NCBI GenBank assembly: GCA_965229705.1
Contig: OZ245922.1
Span: 150,001-182,000 of the forward strand
Reading direction: 5' to 3'
Length of the DNA: 32,000 bases
Origin: Candidatus Saccharimonadota bacterium
GTDB lineage: Bacteria; Patescibacteriota; Gracilibacteria; BD1-5; UBA6164
Position 1 is the first letter of the stretch; each line of letters opens with the position of its first letter. Below are positions 16,217 to 27,046 of this stretch, piece after piece. A program made the position numbers and the translations under genes. Below the pieces are notes generated by a model that made no database searches, was not told where the DNA came from, and was given only the letters and a program-made list of their open reading frames with translations.

Positions 16217-17524
16217 TTAAATAACCCTCAGTATTTCCTCAATCGTAGTATATCCCTTAATTGCTTTCAAGATACCGTCTTCTTTCATTCGTATGAGATC
16301 TCCAATTCTTGCCTCAGCTACGATATCCTCAACACTTCATCCATGACGAATAATATCTCTGAGTTTTTCGTTTAGAGTAATAATTTCATATACTCCTATT
16401 CTTCACTTGTACCCAGAGTTTCCACACTTGCTGCAGCCTTTTCATTCATAGAGCTTCATATTTTTTGTTGAGAGAGCACTCATTCAGATATCATGTGTCA
16501 TGCTTTTTAAAAGTGTGAGATCTTCTTGCGTTTTTTCTTTTTCTTCTTTACAGTCAGGACATATTTTTCTCACAAGTCTTTGAGCTATTATTGTGTCAAG
16601 AGCACTTGCAAGAATATATGGTTGGAGTCCCATATTGATGATCCTATCAAGAGTATCTGCTGCTGATTTTGTATGGAGTGTTGAAAGCACGAGATGCCCA
16701 GTAAGTGAAGCAGATGTTGCGGTTTGGAGCGTCTCATAATCACGAATTTCTCATAGCATAATGATATCTGGATCTTGCCTCAGACAAGCATGTAAACCTG
16801 ACTGAAATGTGAGTCCATTTTTTTCATCAATTTCAGACTGAACAATACCCTCAAGCTCGTATTCGATAGGGTCCTCAAGAGTGATGATTTTTTTTAGACG
16901 AGTATTGAGTCTGTGGAGTATAGTATAGAGTGTGGTGGTTTTTCCTGATCCAGTCGGTCCTGTTACCAGTATCATTCCAGATTTGTTTTGTATAGCTCTT
17001 TCGAGCATTCTTTTAGATGTCCAGAAAAATCATAAGTCTTCAAAATCGACAATTGCTTTATGAGAGTCAAGTATACGGCATACAATATTTTCTCCATAGT
17101 GAATTGGCAGGGTAGAAACCCTGACATCTATCTTTCTGTCTTCATCAAGATGCATAGAATATTTTCCATCTTGAGGAATATTGGAGATATTCAGTTTGAG
17201 GCTTGCAGCATATTTGAGACGTTCAACTATTTTTTTGTATTCACTTTCACTCATATGAAAAATATCCACCAAAACTCCATCAATACGAAATCTTAATATT
17301 ACAGAACTTTCATAGCATTCATAGTGAATATCACTACTCCCAAACAGTAGTGCTCAGAGAGAAATATCTTTGAGTGCATCATCTGTTTTTTGTTTTGAGA
17401 GGTCTTCTTTTACTTTTTTTTCGAGCCGTATAAAACTCTCAGAAGTATAGCTTTTTTCTTCTAAGTTCTCTAAAACAACTCGTTTGAGCGTTTCTTCGTA
17501 GCTGATGTGAGTGTATTTTGACAT
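16217..17524 (-). CDS. pilB: GspE/PilB-family type IV pilus or type II secretion assembly ATPase, short form (435 aa)
   Basis: Motifs seen are Walker A LVTGPTGSGKTT, Walker B DPDIIMLGEIRD and His box LTGHLVLSTLHT. A tetracysteine cluster (CPDC...CSKCGNSGYKGRIGVYE) is typical of PilB/GspE rather than PilT. Track fragments 16484-16690, 16751-17008 and 17030-17272 are in the same frame. The frame was checked codon by codon. Confidence 0.8.
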
Positions 17525-17559
17525 ATTTTTATTTCATATAGGGAAATCTTAGCATATTT

Positions 17560-17587
17560 TTGCTCTGAATACAAAAAAACATATACT
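17560..17587 (+). promoter_or_regulatory. Putative promoter for the pta-like operon
   Basis: TTGCTC (17560-17565) and TATACT (17582-17587) are separated by 16 nt, 30 nt upstream of the ATG at 17618. This is a motif match only. Confidence 0.25.
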
Positions 17588-17617
17588 TCTTTGTATATTT
17601 TTGTAGTTTTTGCTCCA

Positions 17618-18511
17618 ATGCCTTCAATACAAGATGTCTTATCACATATATCACCAGAAAATAAAGCAAGAAAAGTCATATTACCAGATATTACGGGAAG
17701 TGTTATAAAAAGAGCGATCTTAAGACTCAAAAGAGATGGTTTCTCTCCTGTTATTTGTGGTTTTTCAGATGAAATTCAGGAGTATCAAAGTGAGATAGAA
17801 GCAGGACTTGAGTTTTTTGAAGTAGCAAAAGGAGAAGACAAACTATTTTTTGCTGCTCAAAAAGTTCTGGAGTGAAAGGTATATGGATTTTTATGATGAA
17901 ATAATTCTACAACGGCAGATACAGTGAAGGCAATTATTCAAGCAAAAAAGTCCTGTGGTTTTGTGCAAGAGAGACTGAGTTCTCATTTTCTTTCAGAGTT
18001 ATGATGAGAGATAATACTTCTTGCTGATGCTGCGCTTTTCAATCATCATTCTTCACAGGCATACACCGTGACGATAGAGCATGCAATACACGCAGCAAAA
18101 AAATATGGTATTGTGAGACCTTCGGTAGCGCTCTTGAGTTTTATGACTGGATATCCTGAACTCAAAGAACATGAGAAATGATATATTCCTCATATTGCGC
18201 ATATGCAAGAAGCTTTGAGGACCATTCGTCAAAAATTTTGAGAAGATTATCCGATAGAGTGACCGTGTCAGTTTGACGCTGTTATGACTCCAGAGATTGC
18301 AGTGAAGAAAAATCCTCAGACCCTCTTTGCAACTCAGCGACCCGATATTTTGATATTTCCGAGCCTTGATGCAGGAAATATTGCTTATAAAATACTTCAT
18401 TATATGTGAGCTCCAACACTTGGTCCAATACTTTCGGGGACATTACACGACTTGAGTAGGGGAGCCAGTGAGGAGGATATTTATCAGAGTTTTATTATAA
18501 ATATATTGTAG
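17618..18511 (+). CDS. pta: Phosphate acetyl/butyryl-transferase family protein (297 aa)
   Basis: It shows PTA_PTB-like features: ..KVILPDITGSVIKRAILRLKRDGFSPVICG.., FPSLDAGNIAYKILHYMG and GPILSGTLHDLSRGAS. I prefer the ATG at 17618 to the TTG at 17591 used by the track. The stop is TAG at 18509-18511. Confidence 0.65.
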
Positions 18512-18512
18512 T

Positions 18513-19379
18513 ATGGAACCTTGGATTATATGGGCAATTGCTTCAGCCCTTACGGGATGAATATATAACTTTGCCTATAAGATTATTAGTGAAGAGTGAT
18601 ATAATACACATCTTGCGGTTTTATATAGTTATACAGCATCAACTATACTGGCAGGTTTGTATTGTCTTTATACAGGGTCATTTTATATCTCATATGAGAT
18701 ACTTCTCATAACTTTTATATTTGCATTTATACATACCTCATTTTTTTATATATCAATTGTTGCAAGAGTAGAAGCAATGAAAAATATTGATACAGTAATA
18801 TTTTACCCTCTTTATAAGACTTTCTGACCTATTTTTGTTACTTGTATCAGCTTATTTTTCTTTTGAGAATATTTATCCTCGAGAGACTTCCTATGAATTG
18901 TACTCGGGATTTGTGTTCCTCTTTTACTCATTACCAAGACAGAAAATAAGATACAGAGAAATCTCTTATTATGAGTTATTTTGGTTATCATTACTTCCGT
19001 TGTAGCTTCTGCCTCATCTACTGCTACAAAGATGGTGTATATCAAAGAGGGAAGTCCAGAATTATTCTTATTTTTATGTCCCTTACTTTGAATGATTTTT
19101 TCGTATCTTGTGTATCATTTACATTCTAAAAAAACGGGAAAAGTTTATAAAACTAAGTGACTACCAAAGTTTGCTTTGATGGTATGAGTAATCCATATAT
19201 TTGCGTTTTATACCTTTATTAGAGCATTTGAGTGAAATACAGCAATAGCATTTACGATAAATTCTTTTTCAATACTTGTTCCTATCACGCTCTCAATTAT
19301 ATTTTATGGAGAACACTTTAGCATGAAGAAGTGATGTGTTATAGCTCTGTCTATTGTTTCTATTTTACTATTTCTGTAA
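18513..19379 (+). CDS. EamA/DMT-like multi-pass membrane transporter (288 aa)
   Basis: It has about 10 predicted hydrophobic helices in two similar halves (MEPWIIWAIASALTGGIYNFAYK... and ...AIAFTINSFSILVPITLSIIFYGEHFS). The frame is open under code 25 (checked). The gene is absent from the track. Confidence 0.6.
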
Positions 19380-19388
19380 TTTTATGCC

Positions 19389-19940
19389 ATGAGATGTTCT
19401 TGGGTAAAAGGCGATAACCAACTCTCTATCAAGTATCATGATGAAGAGTGGTGAGTTCCTGTATATGATGACAGAGTCTTATTTGAGTTTCTGATACTTG
19501 AATGAGCACAGGCCTGACTCAGCTGGGAAACAGTTTTGAAAAAGCGAGAAAATTATAGAAAAGCTTTTGATCAGTTTGATTATGAAAAAATAGCCCAATA
19601 TGATGAGAGAAAAAAAGAAGAACTTCTCAGTAATGAGGGAATTATTCGAAATAGGCTCAAGATAAACTCGGCTGTGAAAAATGCAAAAGTGTTTATAGAG
19701 ATACGAAAAGAATATGAAACATTTTCAAACTATTTGTGGGGATATGTCAGTGGGCAGCAAGTCATACATTATCCCAAAAATCTTTCACAAGTTCCTGTCT
19801 CAACAGAGCTTTCTGACAAGATTTCCAAAGATTTGAAAAAAAGAGGAATGAGTTTTGTCGGAACGACTATCATATATGCCTATCTTCAAGCGGTATGAGT
19901 TATAGATGATCATATCATAGGTTGTTGTTGTAAGAAATAG
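19389..19940 (+). CDS. tag: DNA-3-methyladenine glycosylase I (183 aa)
   Basis: MRCSWVKGDNQLSIKYHDEEWGVPVYDDRVLFEFLILEGAQAGLSWETVLKKRENYRKAFDQFD...IIRNRLKINSAV...LKKRGMSFVGTTIIYAYLQAVGVIDDH matches the Tag signature. Several conserved Gly residues are TGA. Confidence 0.85.
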
Positions 19941-20049
19941 CTTTTTTGGTAATTCTTGTTAGAGAAATATGAAAAACCTTATTGATATTTTTTTGTTTTT
20001 CGGAAAAAACAGAATAACATATAGTAGATATATATACTAAAGCTATATT

Positions 20050-20289
20050 ATGAATTCACAAATTGTTGCAAATATTGATAGCGAATTAAAAGAAAAAGCT
20101 ATGAAAATGGCAAAAAAAGAGGGACTTACTATGAAGGCACTTCTCAGTTTTCTCCTCAAGTGATACACACAAGAAAAAATTACACTCACTACTACTTCCT
20201 CTTTTGAGAGAAACTATTGTAATATTGAAGTAGAGGAATTGTCTCAGCAAGAGGAAGATATTATAGCTCAAAGCTCAAAAATGCAGTAA
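20050..20289 (+). CDS. RelB/DinJ-like ribbon-helix-helix protein (79 aa)
   Basis: MNSQIVANIDSELKEKAMKMAKKEGLTMKALLSFLLKGYTQEKITL resembles the DinJ/RelB RHH N-domain. No RelE/YafQ-type toxin is adjacent. The stop lies 2 nt before the ABC ATPase start. Confidence 0.55.
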
Positions 20290-20291
20290 AC

Positions 20292-21203
20292 ATGGAAAAA
20301 GTATTAGAAATACAAAATCTCAAAAAATCCTATGGGAAACTCGAAGTACTCAAATGAGTCAATCTCTCTGTATGAGAGGGAGACTTTTATGCTCTTTTAG
20401 GTCATAATGGAGCAGGGAAATCTACCACAATAGGGATTATGACCAGTCTTGTGAATAAAAATAGTGGAGTAGTACAGATATGAGGAATAGATATAGATAC
20501 AGATTTCTCCAAGGCAAAAAAATATATTTGAGTCGTGCCTCAAGAGTATAACTTTGATATTTTTGCAAAAGTATCAGATATATGTCTCTTCGCTGCAGGA
20601 TTTTATGGTATCCCGAGAAAAACCGCAGAACAAAGACTCGAAAAATACCTCAAAAAACTCGAACTCTGGGATAAGAGAAATGTCCCAGCAAAAGAACTTT
20701 CAGGATGAATGAAGCGTCGACTCATGATTGCTCGGGCACTCATGCACGAACCAAAGATACTCGTACTCGATGAACCTACAGCAGGAGTAGATGTTGAGCT
20801 GAGAAAGACTATGTGGGAATTTATACAAGAGCTCAATACGCAAGGGACAACCATCATCCTCACAACGCATTATCTCGAAGAGGTAGAACAACTTTGCAAG
20901 AATGTTGCGATACTCACTGACGGACATATCGTATATGAATGATGAGTAAAATCACTCTTAAAAACACTTGATGAAGAAGTATTTGTTCTTGATCTCAAAC
21001 ATGAACTTTGAGAAATACCAAAACGATTTTCTCAGTACAGTCCAAAACTGGTAGACTCTACAACTCTCGAACTTTCGGTAAAATCACAGGAAAGCGTCAA
21101 TGAAATATTTTCAGTTTTAACACAGAAGGGAGTAAAAGTCCTTTCTATGAGAAATAAATCCAATAGACTAGAACAGCTGTTTTTGAAGCTAGCAAAGGGA
21201 TAA
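20292..21203 (+). CDS. ABC transporter ATP-binding protein, ABC-2 exporter type (303 aa)
   Basis: It has Walker A GHNGAGKST, the signature LSGGMKRRL (second Gly is TGA at 20706-20708), Walker B ILVLDEPTAGVD and the H-loop TTHYLEE. Confidence 0.9.
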
Positions 21204-21260
21204 CTTTTATCCTGAGATGGTCATCTCTTGCAATTCACTATATAATATACTTTTACAACT

Positions 21261-22016
21261 ATGACAGACTTATATACACTTACTTATAAAGAAGTTGCTC
21301 GTTTTATGCGGGTATGGAAGCAAACACTGGTTCCACCGATTATTACTACGGTTTTGTATCTTGCGATTTTTGGAAAATTTATTGGGGAGAGGATTTCTGT
21401 TATCGAGGGGGTGAGCTATATTAACTTTATATTTCCAGGTCTCTTGATGATGTCAGTGATCATGGCAAGTTACCAAAATACTTCGAGTAGTTTTTTTGGA
21501 GCAAAGTTTCAAAAATCTATAGAAGAACTTTTTGTTTCCCCAATGCCATATTGGAAGATACTGATTTGATTTTGTTTTTGAGCTATCCTGCGATGAATGA
21601 TAGTAGGTGTATTAGTATTTCTTGTTGGAGTTTTTATGACTGATATTGAGATACAAAACTATTTTATTGCTTGTGTTTTTTTGTTTTTGACGAGTTTTTT
21701 GTTTGCGCTTTTATGACTGTATAACGGTCTTTATGCAAGAAGTTTTGATGATATTGCTATTATTCCCACTTTTATTATCACGCCCCTCATATATCTTTGA
21801 GGAGTATTTTATCCTATAGTGATTCTCCCAGAATTATGGCAGTATGTGAGCCAGGTAAATCCTATTTTATATATGGTTAATGGTCTTCGCTATGCGTTTA
21901 TTGGTTATAGCGATATAAATATGTATGTCTCTATCGGGGTATTATTATTCTTTATCACAGTTTTTGTGATACTGATTCTCGAACTCCTGAAACGATGATA
22001 TTGAATAAGGAATTAA
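21261..22016 (+). CDS. ABC-2 family transporter permease (251 aa)
   Basis: It starts MTDLYTLTYKEVARFMRVWKQTLVPPIITTVLYLAIFG, has about 6 TM helices, and contains the ABC-2-like C-terminal block VNPILYMVNGLRYAFIGY. It lies directly downstream of the ATPase. Confidence 0.75.
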
Positions 22017-22036
22017 GAAATAATTTCACATAAATC

Positions 22037-22070
22037 AAAAAAATACATACACTAGCGTATGTATTTTTTT
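22037..22070 (+). terminator. Intrinsic terminator after the ABC-2 operon
   Basis: A 10-bp stem pairs AAATACATAC (22041-22050) with GTATGTATTT (22057-22066) around loop ACTAGC. A T-run extends to 22070. Confidence 0.7.
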
Positions 22071-22083
22071 GTCTGTATATATC

Positions 22084-22689
22084 ATGAAACAACAAGTCAT
22101 ATTTTTCCCCTGAGCTGTTCCAAAAGAAAACTGGGACTCATACTATGATTTTCTCTGAAATATTGAGTATGATCCATACGAAGAAAAGCTTCTCAACTGG
22201 AATAAAACCCTTTGAAAAGAACTGTGAGACGAGTACGAATATCTAAGAGTTCCATATGGAGAAATAAAGTTTGCAGATTATACTGCATGGAAAATCATGT
22301 TTGAAAAACTCCTGCCTTTCATCAGAGAAAATCCTATTATTGTTAGCACTTCACTTGGGAGTAGCTTTATCTTGAAATATATCTGAGAAAATGAATTTCC
22401 CCGAAAAATCAAAAAACTTTTTCTGATTGCTCCAGCAATTCATGATACCCCACAAGAAAAACTCGGGACATTTTGACTGAATATAGAAGATATCTACTAC
22501 AAAGTCAGTCGATGGGCAGAAAAAATATATATTTATCATAGTAGGGACGATGATCTGGTTCCTTTTGAACAGTCTCTTCATCTCGCAACTTTTTTTCCTG
22601 AAGCAACTTTTCGCGATTTTGATGATAGGGGACACTTTTTCCTTGAGGAAAAAATCCTTGAACTTGAAGAAGATATACAGAGAGATTAA
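22084..22689 (+). CDS. Alpha/beta serine hydrolase, YdeN/RBBP9-like (201 aa)
   Basis: It has a nucleophile-elbow-like IVSTSLGSSF, an acid residue in YHSRDDDLVPF and a His in DDRGHFF. Its size and motif order match the small Ser_hydrolase family. It contains six in-frame TGA codons and is absent from the track. Confidence 0.6.
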
Positions 22690-22710
22690 GAAAGCTCTGA
22701 TGAAAAAGCC

Positions 22711-22741
22711 AAAAACATCTTGCCCGAAGGTGTTTTTTTTA
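22711..22741 (+). terminator. Intrinsic terminator
   Basis: A stem pairs ACATCTT (22715-22721) with AAGGTGT (22727-22733) with one G-U pair and loop GCCCG. A T7-8 run follows. Confidence 0.65.
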
Positions 22742-22842
22742 TATGCTTATTCATAATCTGTCATTCTTTCGGGAAGCATAAAAAATATGAAAAACTTATA
22801 TTTCTCTCCTTTCGTAAAAAAGTGAGATTTTGAATATCAATT

Positions 22843-23706
22843 ATGAAAAAAATAAAAAAATGCGTTATTCCAGCAGCATGAATGGGAACTCGATTTCTTC
22901 CTGCCACAAAAGCTCTTCCCAAAGAAATGTTTCCGATTGTAGATAAACCGGTGATGCAGTACTTGGTAGAAGAAGCAATTGCTGCAGGTTGTGAAGAAAT
23001 CATTATTGTGACAGGAAGAAGTAAAAGAGCGATAGAAGATCACTTTGACTCTAACCCTGAACTCGAACAAAGACTCGATAGTTCATGAAAATTTGACTAT
23101 CTCAAAAAAGTAAAAAGCCTCAACGAAATGGTAAATATTGTATATGTTCGCCAACCTTATCCAAAATGAGATGGAGACGCGATTCTTCGTACAAAAAACC
23201 TTATTGGAGACGAACCATTTCTCGTACTTTTTGGGGATGATATTATTGACCATGAAATAAGTGCTGCAGAGCAACTGGTAGACAAGTATTATGAAAAAAA
23301 TGCTCCTATCATTGCTACCATGCAAGTAGATAGAGAACTCGTCTCAAACTATGGAATCATCGAGTGACATACCCAAGAAAAAATAACGAAAGTTACAAGA
23401 TTTTTAGAGAAACCACAAGCTCAAGAAACATCGTCTCAAACAGCGGTTATCGGAAAATATGTTCTTTCTCCAGATATTTTTTGTTATCTTGAAAAGTCAT
23501 ATTCATCTACAGGAGATGGAGAGATTCGTCTCGCAGATGCCTTTATACAGATGCTCTGAGAAAGAGATATTTATGGTGTGCAAGTAGATGGAGTTCGCTA
23601 TGATACAGGTAGCAAGATAGGGTATCTTGAGGCTTGTATTGCCTACGCGATGAAGGATTCGGAAATTGCAAGAGAGCTCAGAGATTTTCTCAGTAGATAT
23701 AGCTAA
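22843..23706 (+). CDS. galU: UTP--glucose-1-phosphate uridylyltransferase (287 aa)
   Basis: [45 protein letters not shown] matches the GalU N-terminal signature; the first Gly of GMGTR is TGA at 22879-22881. It also has VRQPYPKGDGDAIL and KYVLSPDIF. The frame was checked codon by codon. Confidence 0.9.
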
Positions 23707-23717
23707 GGAGTTATGGT

Positions 23718-24875
23718 ATGAAAAAAATAGTCACTATCTGATGAGGAAATGGCCAGTCTCATTTATTGGATGCATTTTATACCTACGCTTCAAGAAAATA
23801 CAAAATATCTACCATTGTCTCTATGAGCGATGACTGACGAACAACAGGAGAACTGATGAATATATTTTCCAATGAACTCGGTACATACCTTCCTCCTCCC
23901 TGAGACTTGCGTCGCTGTCTCTTTATGATGTCTTCCTCTCCTAAACGAGAAGAATTTCAAAAATATCTCGAAACACCTGCGTGTCAAGACATACAAATAT
24001 CTTCATTGAAAATAGAGGATTATTTTTCCCTTGTTGGGGCTGATGTATCTTTTTTACAACATCTCACATCTATGATATCTTCTTTTAAGTATGAGAAAGA
24101 TATTTGTGACTTTATACTTCCTCTCAACTCTTCTATTTTGGGTCATAAGATGGGGAATATACTTATGGCAAACCTTTTTTATAACCTTCAAAAAGATTAT
24201 AAGAAAATGCTGCAGTTTATGCATCATATACTGGAGGTTGAGGCCCATATTATTCCTGTGACCACACAGAGAGCTACTATTCGAGCAATACTATGAAATG
24301 GTCAGGTAGTAGAGTCCCAAAATAGGATATCAAATGTTGCTCACTACTCAAGTGGGATAGCAGATCTCCAGCTCGTAGATGACCCAAAAAATGTATATCA
24401 AGACAAAGATGTTTCAAAAGTGATACATAGTGCAGATTATATTGTGATTTCTCCGGGAGATCTCTTTACATCTATTATTTCAAACTTTGTTATTTGAGGA
24501 GTGAGAGAGGCAATCATGCAGAGTCAGGCGCGGGTAATATATATATGAAATAGTACCAATAAGTGATGAGAGACACAGTGACTGACCTGTCTTGATTTTA
24601 TTAGTAAAATAGAAAGATTTCTTGGGAGAAAAATAGATGCATATATATGCAATAACAAAAAACGACATCTCTCGGATCAAGAAAAACAAGTATTTCGTGA
24701 ACATCGTTCTATTAAAGGGTGAGATTTTTTATATCTCTCTGATAGAGAGAGATCAGAGCTTCGGAGAAGAAATATAGCTCTGTTTGAGTCTGATCTATTA
24801 GATACAAAGAGCCTCTATAAACATGACAAAAAGAAACTTATAGAGCTCATAGAAAGTGTCATGGATTGTATGTAA
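23718..24875 (+). CDS. yvcK: YvcK/CofD-family (UPF0052) protein (385 aa)
   Basis: It contains MKKIVTIGGGNGQSHLL (two TGA Gly at 23739-23744), VSMSDDGRTTGEL, GHKMGNILMANL and ISPGDLFTSIISNFVIGGV. The frame is open under code 25 (checked). Confidence 0.8.
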
Positions 24876-24914
24876 GGAGATATGGAAAAACAGTGCAGTT
24901 TCCATCATATAGTA

Positions 24915-25490
24915 CTACTTGTATTTTGCCTTTTTTGAGATAAGTAGAAAGATATGATACGGCGTCAAGATAATTCATTTTCCCAAATTATACACAAAGA
25001 GTATCACAGCCTCCGTAGAGTCAAAAATTCAGAGTCACAGACCAATGAACTCATCAGTCATACTTTTAGGATTTTTCGCTTTTTCGTAGAGTTTTTTTCA
25101 AAATATTCTCTCTCCACTATAATATCGATGTTGTTCTGGGACATAGATCTCCTGTAACATATCCTTGAGTGATTCTCTCTTTTTTTTGCTCAGAGCAGAT
25201 ATACTTTCTCGAGCCTTGAGTATCTTTCAGGCGAGAGATTCTTTTACATCTTTTGTAAAAGATGTTTTGAGAGAGTCGAGATCTTGGTGAGTTTCTGACG
25301 TGATGAGGGACTCTACCTGAGTACTATCAAGTCAAAATTCTTCTGCAATTTCCTTGGCAAGTTTTTTGAGAAGAGTAGAGCTTTCTCTCAGGAGTTTTTT
25401 CTCATCAAAAAATTCCTGAGAACGCTTCTCTTCTCTACGTTCTTTCTTTTTTTTGTACATTTCATCATGTTCGTGTTGTTCGATACTCAT
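24915..25490 (-). CDS. Hypothetical protein with a charged N-terminal half and a C-terminal membrane segment (191 aa)
   Basis: It starts MSIEQHEHDEMYKKKKERREEKRSQEFFDEKK and ends ...EFIGLGLGIFDSTEAVILFVYNLGKGIILTPYHIFLLISKKAKYK. Its start lies 4 nt downstream of the TPR gene stop, which suggests an operon. The frame was checked and has no TAA/TAG. Confidence 0.5.
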
Positions 25491-25493
25491 AAT

Positions 25494-26948
25494 TTATTGC
25501 GTAAAATTTTCTATTTCTTCTTGCGCTGCGAAGTAAAATTCATCCTGAAACTGACTTGCAAGAATTTTTTTAAAAAGCGTGAGAGCTTGGCTTGATTCTC
25601 ACATATCTTGTTTGAGATATCATAGATTGAGTAAGAGAAAAGCATCTTGAGAGTCTTTTTCGTATCACTTCATCAGTATATCTTGAGCCGCATCTAACTC
25701 TCATCTTTCTCTGAGTATCCATCAATGATAGGTATAAAAATCTGTTTCATCAGGAAATCTCTCTGAGAGTTCTTGAGTCAAGCGTAGAGCAGTATCTGTT
25801 TCATCATGGAGTATATGATAATATACTGCGAGAGATCCATCTTCTGCATCATAGTCAGTTTCTTCTGTTAGAATATCTCGAAATACTCAGAGCATTTTTT
25901 TATAGCTGCCAACTTCTTGAAAATTTTGTATCATGTATCTTCTTACATTGAGGCTATCTGAAATATCGAGCTTAAGGGCATTAGAAAAAAATATATTTGC
26001 TAGGACAAAGTCTTTGAGTTTTGTATTACATATTCCGAGTAAATACTGTACTCACGGATCACTGCTATCTTTTTCATTATACATATTGAGGTATTTTCTG
26101 GCGTTAGCGTATTCTCAGATTTGAAAATAACTTTGAGCAACTATCTTTATTACTGATAGATAATCGGTCTTCTCTTCTAGTATCTGTTTCCCCGTCTCTT
26201 TACTGAGGCTATAAAAACTATTTGCATACCACGCTCATATAATATAGGCTTTTTTGAGGGCTTCATCTGTAAGTTGAAAATTGTTGTAGTTTTGTAGTGC
26301 TTGTTCTATACTCTTGAGTTTTTGTGACTCAAGAAAACCTGGAACTCATACTCAAGCAATAAAATAGTCTTCAAACTCTTTCTGACACTCGTCAAAGTTA
26401 TAACTACATAAAATACTTGTTTCATAGTAAAACATATCCTCTGAAGAGAGTTTGAATTTTTGTATTTCTTTGAGGAAAAATTCTGTTTTTGTTGCTTGTG
26501 AAAAATCAAGAGTTTTTTCTAGGATTCATAGATATGCTTCACGACTTTCAGTATCAAATACCTCAATTTTATTATAGTATTTTATAGCATTTTCGTACTT
26601 TCCCATAGTCTCATAGCTTTTTGCTATCTTTTTGAGAATGAGAGTATCATTTGGATTTTGAGCGTAAAAATCAAGATATTTCTTGAGTGCGATAGCGGTC
26701 TGTCATTCTTGCATATAGCGATCTCACTGTATAATGAGTCCCTTGAGCGCTAGACGGTTACGCACAATCTGCATCTGAGTTTGTATATCTTCTTGTGAGA
26801 GAGAATTTTGTTTTTCTCAAGAGTTTTCCTTATATGTTTCTGAATGTTTGGAGTCTTGTATGTTTTCTCAATGAAAAAATCAGAACCATATACCACCTCA
26901 GACAATGATCAGAGCTATACCAGCAGAAAGCAAAACTTTAGGATTCAT
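25494..26948 (-). CDS. Membrane-anchored TPR-repeat protein (484 aa)
   Basis: It has an N-terminal TM segment (MNPKVLLSAGIALIIVGGGIWFGFF). Repeated TPR-like helices follow, for example AIALKKYLDFYAQNPNDTLILKKIAKSYETMGKYENAIKYYNKI and AQSYFQIGEYANARKYLNMY. The frame was checked codon by codon. The gene is absent from the track. Confidence 0.65.
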
Positions 26949-27046
26949 ATTGTGTGTATTTTTACAAAAAAGGTATGTCGATCTTCTCAGATATATGAGA
27001 AGAAAAAAAATAGATTTTACAGATGGAATATTCTTTTATATAGTAG

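Noticed and set aside
17591-17617. The TTG start used by the track for the pta-like gene.
   Set aside because: It adds nine hydrophobic residues with no homology support. The ATG at 17618 gives a family-typical N-terminus and better spacing from the TTGCTC/TATACT motif.
24954-25157. A 67-aa plus-strand ORF.
   Set aside because: It is antisense to a 191-codon minus-strand frame that is open under code 25 and is coupled (4-nt gap) to the upstream TPR gene.
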